A stretch of 62,604 nt of DNA, filler included, from Globobulimina sp. (lineage: Eukaryota), in NCBI GenBank assembly GCA_003354225.1. It is 20 parts of 20 records of this genome, joined end to end, with 100 filler letters (N's around TTAATTAATTAA, not from the genome) between each part and the next. Parts side by side here need not be neighbours in the genome. Positions count along the whole stretch, not along the records: positions 1 to 3,037 come from PIVH01003929.1; positions 3,138 to 6,174 come from PIVH01003930.1; positions 6,275 to 9,311 come from PIVH01003931.1; positions 9,412 to 12,447 come from PIVH01003932.1; positions 12,548 to 15,583 come from PIVH01003933.1; 15 more parts are not named here. One strand, given 5' to 3'. The translations under genes and the position numbers were made by a program. The number at the start of each line of letters is the position of its first letter. The stretch's first letter is position 1. Below are positions 1-12,641 of this stretch, one piece after another. The notes beneath the pieces were generated by a model. It did not search any database. It was not told the DNA's origin and worked only from the letters and a program-made list of their open reading frames with translations.

Positions 1-1310
1 GAATTACAAGTATATGAAAATGATGACATTGATGGTGATGTATTGAATGAAATAAACGATGAATATGCGCAGAATATAGTGCATCGAGCAAATATTAAAA
101 ATGATAAAGAAAAGATTGATCAACAAATGTTTAATTTGCATCAAGAGAACCAAAATTTAAGTGTCCAACCACAAATTCTTGCGTTGAAAGCAAATTCAAC
201 CAACACAAAAATCTGTGTTTCCTGGAAATTACAGCCTGTTTACCCAGATTCTTCGTTTATTGCCAAAATAAATGAAAAAGATAATGTTAACAATGCCATA
301 GTACGTGATACCAATAACGATGACAATCTTAACGCCGACAATATTTCTGATTATCAGCAGAATAAAATGGTTGACCATGTCCGTGATTCTATGAAAGCGG
401 AAGAAATATGCCACATTAATATTGAATGGAGATACGGCGATGATGAGCAGAATAATATTATTGCTGAAGGCGGAGAAGAGTATAAATGGAATACATTGTC
501 AGTGGATAACAGCAGGATATTGTCGTTCAATTTGGATGTTTCTGTCTTTGATCATATATTAAACACTGCGAGATTTGGTTTATATCATTTCCGGGTAACA
601 TTATATAATACCAATAAAGAAAGCATTTCAAGCAAAGCAACGATGATTACAACTTTTAAAATAAAAATAAGACATATTCCGGATGTATGGAACTTGGATA
701 CTAAACACAAACAAATAAGGTATGTTTATATATGACTTGTGAGCGGTATACGTTTTATGTCAATATTCTAAGTGTCGGTTTTTTGAATGGCAAAGTTATA
801 ACTTGCAATCAGCGTAATGTTGATAGAAAATTCAGAAATTGTTTTGGAACATTGGTTGTGTCCAATGGTGTAAATATATGGACATTAAAAATAAAGAAAC
901 GAGATCCGAATTGCTTACAATGTTCGGCAATGATTGGAGTGATAAACATGAATAACCGAAGAAAGAATACTGCATTTTTAAAAACATTAAGTGACTGTTT
1001 TGCTTTTCTGGACATTGGATATGGAATAAGGGCATCAAACGGCGCATTATATCATGACAACAAAGCGGGTGCATTCGGTAAGGAAATCAAAGAGGGAGAT
1101 ATTGTACAAATAGTATGCGATTATCGCCAAGAAACAATCTCATTTAAGGTAAACGATATTGATGGTGGACTAGCTTTTAATTCGTCTCATTTTCCACAAC
1201 AAAAAATGCCAAACTTAGGCTTAGCAGTTTCATTGAAAGGACGGGATGAAATACAGTTAATTGACTTTGAAAACAAAGACAAGCCGTTATCCTCTTGGGG
1301 TTTTGGCTAA
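1..1310 (+). CDS. SPRY/B30.2-like domain protein, 5'-truncated, 2 exons
   Basis: Frame is open from base 1. A GT-AG intron at 720..772 joins ORFs 43..735 and 732..1310 in frame (HKQISVGFLNGK). The C-terminus has a SPRY-like pattern (WTLKIK...MIGVI...YGI...EGDIVQIVCDYRQETISFKVN). Confidence 0.75.
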
Positions 1311-1458
1311 TTTATGCCAGCTTAGGTTTTAGTTTAGGTTTTGTTTTGTGTTTAGGACTTTCGGTATAGTTTTGCTTTTTTTTGTATAAGTTGTAAAATA
1401 TTTTTGTTTGCGTTTAATTTTGAGAGAAAATAAATTAAATCTTGACGGTTTATCCAAT

Positions 1459-2115
1459 TCAAAAAAGTTTAACACATAATCCGGATGGAATACTTACAGC
1501 GAATTTGTATTCAAATTTTTTATCAACAGAGACAGTTTCAGAATGCATATGATTGCCGTTTACAGTGTATGACAGAGTGTTTTTGTTTTGTCGTAAATCC
1601 AACCGCATTATGATAATATCTCCTTTTCTACCAAATTGCGTCAAATAATGTCTTGATTTATATCCATAGCCAGCGAGAGCATCCAAAAAATTAGTACTAA
1701 AGTCATATCCTTTCAACTGGACAGTAATTTTCTGACCAAATAAAGTAAAGGATGCTTTAATAATTCCTATGGTCATTGGAAAACGGTGTGATATTTTTGA
1801 ATCATTGTCCAACACTCTCAATTGCCATTGATATAAATTACCTGTTTTGCAAATCAATTGTCCAAATATTGTGCCATATTGATGTGTATTATGATTAATG
1901 ACAGTGCTTTCAGTATGGTTTACTTTCATAAATGGATGTTTCATGTTTGCATCCCATTGATCATACGTATCACCATACATACAACAAATATATTTTATTT
2001 CATCAGGTAACCTTCGTTGCACATTATTTCCCCAAATAAGAGTTTCTTGACTATGAATATATGCAAAGGTTAATTTAACTATTTTTGGGCTCAACATGCT
2101 TTTAACTTTATTCAT
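1459..2115 (-). CDS. SPRY-like domain protein
   Basis: 218-aa ORF with YQWQLRV...TIGII...KGDIIIMRLDL...TLSYTVNG...YKFAVS, a SPRY-like beta-sandwich pattern. Confidence 0.7.
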   Translation of the reverse strand: MNKVKSMLSPKIVKLTFAYIHSQETLIWGNNVQRRLPDEIKYICCMYGDTYDQWDANMKHPFMKVNHTESTVINHNTHQYGTIFGQLICKTGNLYQWQLRVLDNDSKISHRFPMTIGIIKASFTLFGQKITVQLKGYDFSTNFLDALAGYGYKSRHYLTQFGRKGDIIIMRLDLRQNKNTLSYTVNGNHMHSETVSVDKKFEYKFAVSIPSGLCVKLF

Positions 2116-2992
2116 TATTTAAAGGTTAGTTTTTGTTGTAATCGAAAAAAAAAAGAAGAAAGTAAGATGATAACTACTGAGTGTCTTAATATTGCATATT
2201 TGGAAAGAAGTGTAAATAATTTAGGAATGATGTTGACGCAAACCAATCCAAATATGTTTGTCTCAAGTTAATACCACTTGTGGCTTTCTTCTTGTTTTAA
2301 ACTGCATAATATTGACGTATATTTATAGATGATTCAATTTGCTGCAAAATGCTTATGGTTTTATTCATTTTGTTTAAATTAAAAATGTTAAACAAAATGC
2401 AGTCAGTCACAAGAAAACATCATGCATCCTCCAGCATGGCAATGGCAACTCAATTGCAAGTTTGCGAGTGGATCGATCCTGTATTTAACAATGAACAATG
2501 GAGCCACTTGAATTCATGATGAACATATTGCAGATTTGCAGTACATATAATTCCTTTTAATATCGATCCGATCGATCATTTTATTGTTGTTACGGTTACA
2601 CAACGTACGCATTCATATCATATCAATGATATTGTATCATATATTGCAGCCTCTCAATTTAGTACTATTCATAGTAAACATGTACAATAACAATTTAATC
2701 ATTTTAATACCAATCAAATTAATATTCTCGATCAATCCGTTGAATCAGAATAGAATCAGATCGATATCGATCATCCAATTTATAATACATTTTTATAATG
2801 AATCAATTAAATATTTATTATCATTCTCATTCTTATTATAATTGCTACAATCAATACAATCAAAGAATATTACATTTTTTAAATATGGATCAATGGATAA
2901 TGGACAATGTACAGTACATATTTTGATTTGATTTATGTGCCATAAATATTTGTGTGCCATTCCATAGCAACATATATAGCTTATAAATACAA

Positions 2993-3037
2993 GATTCAGT
3001 AGCTCAATTTGATAGAATCGAATATTTGATAGAGCGT
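2993..3037 (+). pseudogene. Degenerate 5' half of a tRNA-like gene, cut by the contig end
   Basis: GATTCAGTAGCTCAA...GATAGAGCGT closely matches the 5' half at 31493 (GACTCAGTAGCTCAACGATAGAGCGT). TTTGATAGA is duplicated in the D-loop, and TATAAATA lies just upstream. Confidence 0.45.
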
Positions 3038-3137
3038 NNNNNNNNNNNNNNNNNNNNNNNNNNNNNNNNNNNNNNNNNNNNTTAATTAATTAANNNNNNN
3101 NNNNNNNNNNNNNNNNNNNNNNNNNNNNNNNNNNNNN
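3038..3137. other. Artificial contig linker N44-TTAATTAATTAA-N44 (first of 19)
   Basis: Identical 100-bp spacers with stops in all six frames start at 3038, 6175, 9312, 12448, 15584, 18720, 21856, 24992, 28128, 31264, 34400, 37535, 40670, 43805, 46939, 50073, 53206, 56339 and 59472. The contigs between them shrink monotonically from 3037 to 3033 bp. Confidence 0.98.
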
Positions 3138-6100
3138 TCGATGCTGTCTTCTTGCTTCTTTTCGTGGACATTTATAATTTCATTTGGTTGCAATGCCGGG
3201 CCTAAGGCCAACAGCGCCGTGGCGGCGCGTTGAGATTGGATCTCGATGCGCTTAATGCGGCGATTGATCTTCTTTTCTTCTTTGCGGTCCAACTCTTTGT
3301 CTTTGTAGGTCTTGCGGTTCGATTTGATGGACTCGATGATTTTCTTACACTGCATATTGGGCTGCGTGGTGCATTGAGACCACAGCGATAAGGTTTGCAG
3401 CAATTTGGCGCGATCCTGCGCCGACCACAGACGTAGGATCCAATCTTGTTTGGTGCGCTGGTACACTTTGTACAGCGTAATGGCGACATTTTCAATGATG
3501 CGCGCCACACTGCGCAAGACCTCCGGGTCGCTGTTGGTGTGGGACAGGATGTGCTCGGTCGAGATGTTGTTGCAAAAGCGGATCAAGCCCGCATGCAAAT
3601 ATTCGATTTTCTTGCGTTGCTCGTCGCGTTCAATATCAATGGACTTGATCTCAGACAGAAACGCCTCAAACAACCGCTCCGTGCCGGTCAAGGACAATAT
3701 GACATATACATGCAGCCAGACGCGGACACAATTGTTTTGGAAGATTTTCTTGCGTTTCTTCTTCTTGATTTTGGCGGGGATGTTCTCGAAATTGTCCTCG
3801 TACCATTTATGCAACGAGATGAAGATAAAAGATAACCGCGTAAAATGCGCAGATTGCAGCGCATATAACACGGTGTGGACCAACGTGGCGTCGTTCACAT
3901 GGCTGAACCGCTCCAATTGTTTCCACACCGAGTCGTAAAAGCCATTATCGTCCATGCCATTGCTGGCGGAAAAGCCAATCAACGACACCAAGGCGACGCA
4001 CATTGACTGCAATATTTCAGATTGCCGCGACTGTTCGTCTACCCCCAACCAATTCTCCTGTAACAATATCTCTTGGCACGAGTCCACGCGCAAAAACTTG
4101 AAATATATACTGCCGCGCAAGCACAAATCCTCGATCTTCTCGACGATCGCGTCCATGCACGCAAAGAATGGCGTGTAGTCGTCCTGCACCAACAGCATTT
4201 TGATGATGCCTTCGTGAGAGATCTCGGAAACGCCGAAGTTGTAATCCAAATTGAAATATTTATCGAAAGGCTCGCCGGTTTTATCCATGTTATCCCGGTG
4301 ACTGAAGTACTTTTTCCGCGCTCTTTTGATGATATCCGAGCTGAATAAATTGAATAAGTTACCCAAACTGGAGGGGAACGTCAATTGTTTCTGTTGTTGT
4401 TCGGGCGATTGGTCTGTGAAATAATGCGCAATGATCAATTTCAAGCCGCGTTCTACCGATAATACCAATTTAATGCACGAGTAGCGTACATACAAATTAG
4501 TGTGGCATAAAAAGGCAAAGGATAACGCATCTAAGCGGTTGAACGCAAAGCATAAGTCGTCCACTATGGAGCGGTCGGATAATATCTCCGCGTCGTCATA
4601 CGTCTCAATGAATATGTCCACCAAACCGCTGATCACTTGTAACAAGATCGCAATGCACGACGCGCGATGGATATAAAACTGCAGCAAATAGTTGGTCAAT
4701 CCCGTCAGGATATTGCTTAATAAATATTTCTCGGTCCGTACAATCTCATACAACACGCCGTACGCTGTCATCACTATTTCATAATCTTTGTGCAACAAAT
4801 ACCGCCCGATATAGGTGATATTCTTCACCGTGCAGTCCGTTAAGATGCTATTAGGTCGCAAGGATAATACGCATCGCAAACAGGACCGCAATACATTCAA
4901 ATATTCCTTCTTGGCGCCTTTGTTCTGTTTGATAGACACATCGATATCATCATAGCCGCGATGTTTCTGCCGCAATTGCAAGATCTTGGAGCCATAGACA
5001 TCATTCCTCAGAAACGATAATGACAATAACTGCGCATCGCGGATTTGTTTATATTTGATATCTTCCAACAACGCCTTTTCTTCGTCGTAGATTTGCTTTG
5101 CTTCCTGTTCGTCATTCACTTGTTTGTTATCCTCATCCATTTGTTTATGATCCGGCAATAATAACTCTGCAAAAGATTGCGTCGCAGCCACATCATTCAC
5201 CTGTTTATTCTTCTCAATATAACGACTTTCGTAATGGATTAACAACGGAGTCTCGCGTTTGTGCAATTTATTGATACCAATATGAGCCTCACATTCCTCC
5301 AACAACAATGGCAAGACATTATTCATTTTATCTAATAACTGTTTGGAAATCTGGCCTTGATATTGCGCCAAAAATGAACCATTCACAGCCATGATTTCAG
5401 TGATGATATCTAAGCCTAATTCCATAGTCAAATAATTGCCCTTTTTAGCGTCTAATAAGGTGGACAACAAAAAGGTATTTGCGCCATATTCGATGTCTTG
5501 CGAGATCAATAAGGTCATGACTTGGATCAATTTCTTCCAATTGCTTTGCTTGAGGTGCAATATTTTGAGAGTGGACTTCTTCACAATGGCCTTAAACACA
5601 CGTTTGCATCGCTCGCGCGTGTCTTGCTGCGACTCATTTAGCCGCACTTTGGACCTCCAATTGGTGATCAATGCAGACGGGTTGTAATAGGATAAGAAGG
5701 GATTATGTGTGCCTTTGAATAGATAGATCAACATATCGAGGCATTGCTGCGACTTCTCGATCTCGTCCAAATGGGCCAAACTGCGCTTGTCTAAGAAGGA
5801 GGGCAATAATTTGAACAAGCCCTGCGGCGATTTGATTAAGAAACAGATATTGCAGCAATAGCAAAGGGATTTGATCTTCCTTTGCAATTTCTTCTTTTCT
5901 GAGAGTTTTTTTAGTAATTCGTTGGTTTCCGCGAGTTTAAGCACGATGGTCTTGTCCTGCGTGGAGGTGAAGTCGCATTGTTTGAAGATGTTTAATAGAG
6001 TCAAGAAGAAGGCATATAGCACGGCGTCGGGCGTTTTTTTATGTGAATGTTGCAAGAATGGCAGGAAAAAACCTAACCATTTCTCTTGAGTGGCGACTGA

Positions 6101-6174
6101 GACATAAATATAGCGCATGGAGGTGAAGTATATGGCGGCGGGATGCGAGATGGACTGCGGGTTTTTCTCTTTGT
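3138..6174 (-). CDS. Furry/Tao3/Mor2-like cell morphogenesis protein (internal fragment)
   Basis: ORF is open across the whole contig and looks like a helical repeat protein. RLDALSFAFLCHTNLYVRYSCIKLV and the preceding HKDYEIVMTAYGVLYEIV resemble the MOR2-PAG1 N-terminal region. Confidence 0.6.
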
Positions 6175-6630
6175 NNNNNNNNNNNNNNNNNNNNNNNNNN
6201 NNNNNNNNNNNNNNNNNNTTAATTAATTAANNNNNNNNNNNNNNNNNNNNNNNNNNNNNNNNNNNNNNNNNNNNTGAGTATGAAGAGGATAAGGAAAAAA
6301 GATAAAAAAAGCAAATTGAGCGATAAGAAGATGTCGTTATTGATGTCATCGGAGGAATGTAATGGTGGCAATGTCGAGAATGGGAAAAGTTTTATACCTT
6401 CGTTGACTCCGATTACTTCCGTAGATTCGGCAAATAATAAAAATGCTATCGAATAATATTATTTTCTTGGTGTTTTTTTGAATTGTTGCAGTAATCCTGT
6501 TAGTTTTATATAAACCTTTAAACTTTGCTTTTATGCGTGATTATTAATAGTTTGAGTAATAGCAACATTTTAATTAAGCTTTTTTTCACTTCAACGTTAT
6601 TTTCGATCGGCAGAAAAATCAATAGAAAAA

Positions 6631-7705
6631 ATGAATCAGTCTTTTGTTTCCACAGAGATTGATGCTGTGAATACAAATCCGATTGCTAACATCATAGAAG
6701 AAATGTCTTACGATTTCCTATACGGCGCGGTATGTTAATTTGTTGTAAATTTTGATTTATATTTATGTAAACGTCAAAGCTTTCCGCAGCACTGTCAAAA
6801 AGCAGTGTAGCTCCGATTGAACGATTAAAACTGTTGCTACAAACCAGATTTATTAATAGCAACATGAATGCAACCAATATTATATCAAATATAATTAAAG
6901 AACAAGGAATGTTGTCCTTATGGCGCGGGTATTACTTACCATTTATATGATATCTACCTTTATAGCTATATAAATATTATTAAAACATATATACTTTTAT
7001 AAAAAAAGGAACTTTCCCAATGTTATTCGATATTTCCCATTGAATGCATTTATGTTATCATTTAAAGAACAATTCAAATTAATATTTGTTCCACAATCAC
7101 CGGATGCGTCGACATTGTCCATTGTCACTGGTTTCATTATGTCAGGAGGCACTGCCGGCTGTGCAGCAATAACTGTCATATATCCATTGGATTTAACTCG
7201 TACGCGTTTAGCAGTTGATATGGGTTCAACCAATCGTGAATTCCGTGGAATCATTGATTGTCTAAATAGGACATATAGATCTGGCGGTATTCTGTCATGG
7301 TATCAAGGCTTATATGCATCATATTGGTGCTATTTTATCTACAGAGGATTGCAAATTGGCGGTTATGATGCACTGAAGCGAATATATAATATAGATTTGA
7401 AAAACAAAAATAAAAACAACCACTTGGATACTATTATTTTGGGCAAATCCTTTGCATTAAGTTATGGAGTGAGTGCTGCAGCGATGACCATTGCATATCC
7501 ATTTGATACGTTGAGGCGAATGATGATGATGCAAGCGGGCATTGATAGGGAGTACAGGGAATATAAAAATATGTTTGGATGTTATAAGCGTATTATGAAA
7601 CAAAATGGATATAAAGGCTTATATAAAGGATTGGGTGTTAATTATTTTCGAGCATTGGGGAGTGCGATTGTATTGGTTTTGTTTGATTGTTTCAAAAATT
7701 ATTGA
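6631..7705 (+). CDS. Mitochondrial ADP/ATP carrier-like protein, 3 exons
   Basis: Introns 6730..6779 and 6929..7008 restore APIERLKLLLQ and WRGNFPNVIRYFP. YPLDLTRTRL and YPFDTLRRMMMMQ (variant of the RRRMMM signature) follow. Confidence 0.88.
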
Positions 7706-7872
7706 GTAACTTTCCACGACCACGTGTGAGTGAGCATATGCAGTGCCGTGGTCGTGTCGTGTCGATACAGATATGTTTATAGATGTTTCAAAGGACTAGA
7801 ATGCGTTTTGCTATCTCCCCCAGCTAAAGCCAGTGTAACTTGCGAACCTCCAAACTTAGTTGGCACAGTCTA

Positions 7873-9122
7873 ATGGCAGAGGGCTTTTCCGATGAACAAA
7901 CACAACCAACATATGAAAAAGTGTTAGCAATTGTATATCCTCGAATACGTTCATTTGTAAGTGGTACTGCATCGGGAATTGCAAAATGGTTTGATCTCTT
8001 TTACATTCTCACCGCCAAAATCAATTATTGAGGACACTTTATATTATACAGTATCGTTGGCCATCCATTTGATACAATGTATGTGTGCGCTTCTGCTTAA
8101 TTTGTATATGCCAGTCAGTTAATACAACCATCAAACATACGCAGCAAAGTACGGATGCAAACAGAAGGATTCCACGGCAGATTTGGTGGTTCATTGCATA
8201 CAGTGACTAAAACAATAGCAGAAGAAGGAATATTTGCAGTTTATAAAGGAGCCTCTTTGCGTTAATAACTATCTATCTGAAGATGAAAAAAATTAAGAGC
8301 CACATGTTCAATTTTTCAGAGACAGAATGTTTAATTTTTCCGTTTGAGGCTGAAACATTAAACGCCTGGGTTCTTATTTTTTTTTTCATGCTAATATTTG
8401 ACTCATTGACTGTTCCCTAAATAGCAATGATTGGCTGGGGCCCAATTGATAGTTTTCTATGGTTTGGCTTAATGGAATCACGACGACAAGTTATGCGAAT
8501 AAAGCAATATAACGATCTGAGCGAATTTACATTAATAGAACATTTCTTGTGTGGTGTGATCGCAGGTTGGACCTCAACTTTTGCGTCAACGCCAATCGAA
8601 CAAATCAAAGCAAGATTGCAAATACAGTATGCGGAGCCCGCAACGAAAATATATTCTGGACCCATTGATTGTGGCAAACAGTTGATTCATAATAATGGAA
8701 TCCGTGGACTGTACAAAGGAATGTCTGGTTCTATGATATTCCGAACTTTTATAGGGATATACTTCACTTCCTATGTGTTGTGGAAAACGTTTTTTACAGC
8801 TCATTTGAGTGAGACTCTGCCGGCTCCGTTGATACAGTTCATTTCTGGAGGTAGCGCAGCAACTTGTTTTTGGGTATTTGCGTTACCTGCGGATTGTGTG
8901 AAAAATAGAATGATGTCGCAAAGAGATTTGAATCCTAGACCATATCCAACAGTTTTATCATGTCTTAAACATATTTATAAAGTGGAAGGAATGGCTGGCT
9001 TTTATCGCGGTTGGATACCATGCGCAATACGGTCGTTTCCCACAAATGGTGCTGCGTTCATGGCTGCTGAGTTTGCTTTGAAATGTTTACCAGAGAAAAT
9101 TGGATACAGTAAATTAACATGA
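7873..9122 (+). CDS. Mitochondrial carrier (carnitine/ornithine carrier-like), 4 exons
   Basis: Introns 7989..8051, 8079..8144 and 8261..8424 give three Px(D/E)xx(K/R) repeats: GHPFDTIKVRMQ, TPIEQIKARLQ, LPADCVKNRMM. It ends with RSFPTNGAAF. Confidence 0.88.
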
Positions 9123-9411
9123 AACCATAAGTCAGATTCACGGATCTCGTGATCTTTTTTTAAATAATGTAATGTGTGTTTTATCCATTATAGCCTGTAG
9201 AAGATCATAGTATTGGACGGAGACAAAAACAAAACAATTAAAAACAATAAATACGGTCGAATAGAATCGGGCACATCACAAAAATGAAATTATCAAACCA
9301 AAATAAATCAANNNNNNNNNNNNNNNNNNNNNNNNNNNNNNNNNNNNNNNNNNNNTTAATTAATTAANNNNNNNNNNNNNNNNNNNNNNNNNNNNNNNNN
9401 NNNNNNNNNNN

Positions 9412-12400
9412 TGTAGCTATGTTCAATATATTTCTGATAAGTTATTATTATTTAAAGAATTAAAAGATATTTTAAATGACACGTACGATTTAAATAAATT
9501 GTTGCAATGTTATGATCATTTGATGAGATTTCATAATGAATTAAAAGATAAGCAATATTTTATAAATTGTAAATATAAGGCATCAGATTGTGAAATTGTA
9601 TACAAATATATTGGTACAACGAGAGAGAATATGGACACACTCAAAGCAGATAATAGAGATATTTTATACGAAACATTATGTTCATTACATTGTTATTTGT
9701 TACATTCAGACGAGCAGACATTGCATAGATTGGGTACAATTGCTAATTTTAAGCGATACAGAATTGTTAGTGATAACAAGGAAGGCATTAATTGTGGTGT
9801 TCATATATTAAAATGGCTGCGATATGACGAGGAAGCAACATTTGATTGTTTTAAGGATGAAATATTAAAGAATAAAAATTCAACAATAGATATTGGACTA
9901 TGGCAACATTATAGGAATGAATGTATGATAAAATGTAAAAATATAAATACAAATTTTGAATTACTGACTATTTCTGAGCTAATGGCTGTAAAATTATACA
10001 GCGATACCACACGATTTCAGTCCTTGTTACGAGATTGTTTTGTGTCAAATACGTGTTCAGCAGTACATAAATCATATTATTGGTGGGGGTTAAATTTATA
10101 TAAAGCTTATTTATACGCAGCAAAACCAATACAATCTACAATTTATTATTCTGGCACACATAAAGAAAGTGCATATCATAAATATCATGGTCCAGTATCA
10201 GTGACTGATCGTCGATGTGTTGTATCTTCGTTTTGTGCAAAAAAACCAAATGGTAAACTAATAATAAATATGTCTAATAATAGCAAAGGGATTAAGTTAA
10301 ATTGGATCAGTCATTTTAAAAATGAATATGAAATATTATTATTTGACCAATATTTACCAATACAAACAGAGACTGACACAGTCGATGATAATATGCACAA
10401 ACAGACTCATGTACAGTCAATCGACGATGTCGAACATTTATTATCTACACTGCAATCCGGTGCAGATATTTCACAGTTTAATATTAACAAAGAGTTATTC
10501 TCACAAATTAATTTGGTGAAACAGCATCATTTATTATTTGCCACCATTGACAATAACAAAACTGTGACAGTTTTGCATCGATTAATTAAGGAATTAAAAA
10601 TTAATGAATTACAATTAGCATTGAAAGTGTTTTCAAGCAAATTTGAATTGTTATCAATGCATCAGGCATTTAATTATTGTTCCTATAAAATTCACATTGA
10701 TAAAAATGACACAGCATTACACCAAGAATTTAAAAATTATAAATATAAAATCAAAAAACAGAAAGGATCTGAATACGGATTAAAATACGACGATGAATTG
10801 GTGATAAAAGAAGATGGCATTTATAATATTTATATTTCGAATTGCGAGGAAAAATATTATTTACTCCAAACCATTGATTGCATACAATTTTCAAATAGCA
10901 ATTTTTATGATGAATTATGTAAGAAATTAAAACTGATCCATAATGACACGATTTTAAAATTAAAACATATTTCAAAAATTCCAATCCATTATCATAACGA
11001 TATAGTTTCAGCAAAATATCTATTAAAAATATGTGACGATAATCATAAAAATTACTATACATTTAAATCCCTTTCTCAAATTAATATGGTTATACCGTAC
11101 CAACCCGGCCACAATCGGTGCGATCTGTATGTTCAACCAAAAAAACCCCATCAATTCGTATTTTTAGCAAAAATAAAATATAATCATAAAAATACCACTG
11201 CGGCGAAACTAAATCATTTGTTTTGTTTGCTCAAATATTATAATAAAACAATTAAAAATCCTGGAAAAGTGTTGAATACTTTTAATTTGTCAACAAATGA
11301 GATCGAAAATGAATTAGTTCCGAGTTTACTATCACATAAAGATATGTTGTATCATATGGCAAAGACAAAAATGTCGACTAAAAAGCAGGTATCGTTATTG
11401 TATCGATTGGTGAATGAGTTACAACTCAAACGATTGAGTCCGTTACTACCGATTTTCAAATCAAAATTAAAACGGGTTCAAGCACATAAATTTAAAATTG
11501 CAATCAAAAAAAAATATGATTTTTTTACAAAATGTCAATACAAACTGGAAATACTTAATGATGACGATACGGATGAAAAAAGTGAAAACACTCTTATTTA
11601 TTTCAAATATAATGACGAGTTAACGATAAAACAAAAGGGTAAATTTAACATTTATATCAAAAATAGTGAGATATTTAATATTGATCAATATATTTTAATT
11701 CAAAAAATGTCATTGCAATGCAATTATTTGTCAAACTTGATCGAATGTAATTATTTATCCAACTTGATTGAAAATTTATTTTTATGTCAAACTGAGAATG
11801 TTATTAAATTAAGAAATCCACAGTCGATTCCACAGCAATGTCAACAGCAAATTTTGAATGCAAAATATATGCTAACATATAACAATAATGATGAAAATAA
11901 GGATAATATCTTTACATTTGATCGCATGAATAAATTTGAAATACCATTGCCGATTGCAACCCAATTGTACAGTTACAATATTTTAATAAAAGCAAAAGAT
12001 AAATCTAAATTTGCCGTAATTAAAAGTGATATGAATGTTGCAGTGGTGAAATGTGAGAATAATATATCGATCAAACGTCATTTTAAAATAAAAAAATGGA
12101 ATTATTATGATAAATATAGTGGTGTATTGAGGCTATTTTGTAAAAAGAATATAGAAATCGGCTTCAATGGAATTATTGATGCAAATGGTTGCGGATATGA
12201 TCGAAGCAAAGTTAGCAAACCCAATGACGAAAAAAGCAGTGAACAGAATGATTTGTCTGTGTTGCGATTTGGTGATGGACACAGTGATAATTGTGGTGGA
12301 GGAATAATTGAATTGATATCATCGAATTGTATCACCAATAAAGGAAGGATAGAAAGTAATGGCTTGTTGAGTGGGAATGGAGGGACTATAAAAATTAAAT

Positions 12401-12447
12401 GCAAACACTTTATAAATGAAGGTACAATTTCTGCAAAACGGGATGGT
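9412..12447 (+). CDS. Large multidomain protein fragment: ADP-ribosyltransferase-like region, two ~250-aa repeats, Gly-rich C-terminal repeats
   Basis: ORF is open across the contig. ELMAVKLYSD...GPVSVT...WISHFKNEYEILLF (ExE) is ART-like. KYDDELVIKEDGIYNIYI and KYNDELTIKQKGKFNIYI mark the internal repeats. The tail contains GGGIIEL and GNGGTIKI. Confidence 0.55.
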
Positions 12448-12641
12448 NNNNNNNNNNNNNNNNNNNNNNNNNNNNNNNNNNNNNNNNNNNNTTAATTAAT
12501 TAANNNNNNNNNNNNNNNNNNNNNNNNNNNNNNNNNNNNNNNNNNNNAGGTTTGAAAACTTCGTAAATATATTCATTTAAAAACGATTGTTGTCAAAAAA
12601 AAAAAAGAAATATAATTGTCTTTCTTTGTCAGTGTATGGAC

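Noticed and set aside
2584-2841. 85-aa ORF in contig 1
   Set aside because: TTG start and I/N/L-rich low-information sequence in a duplication-scarred region; probably spurious.
3202-6089. Many overlapping antisense and alternate-frame ORFs here and over other long genes
   Set aside because: They are shadows of the main coding frame, with no motifs and biased composition.
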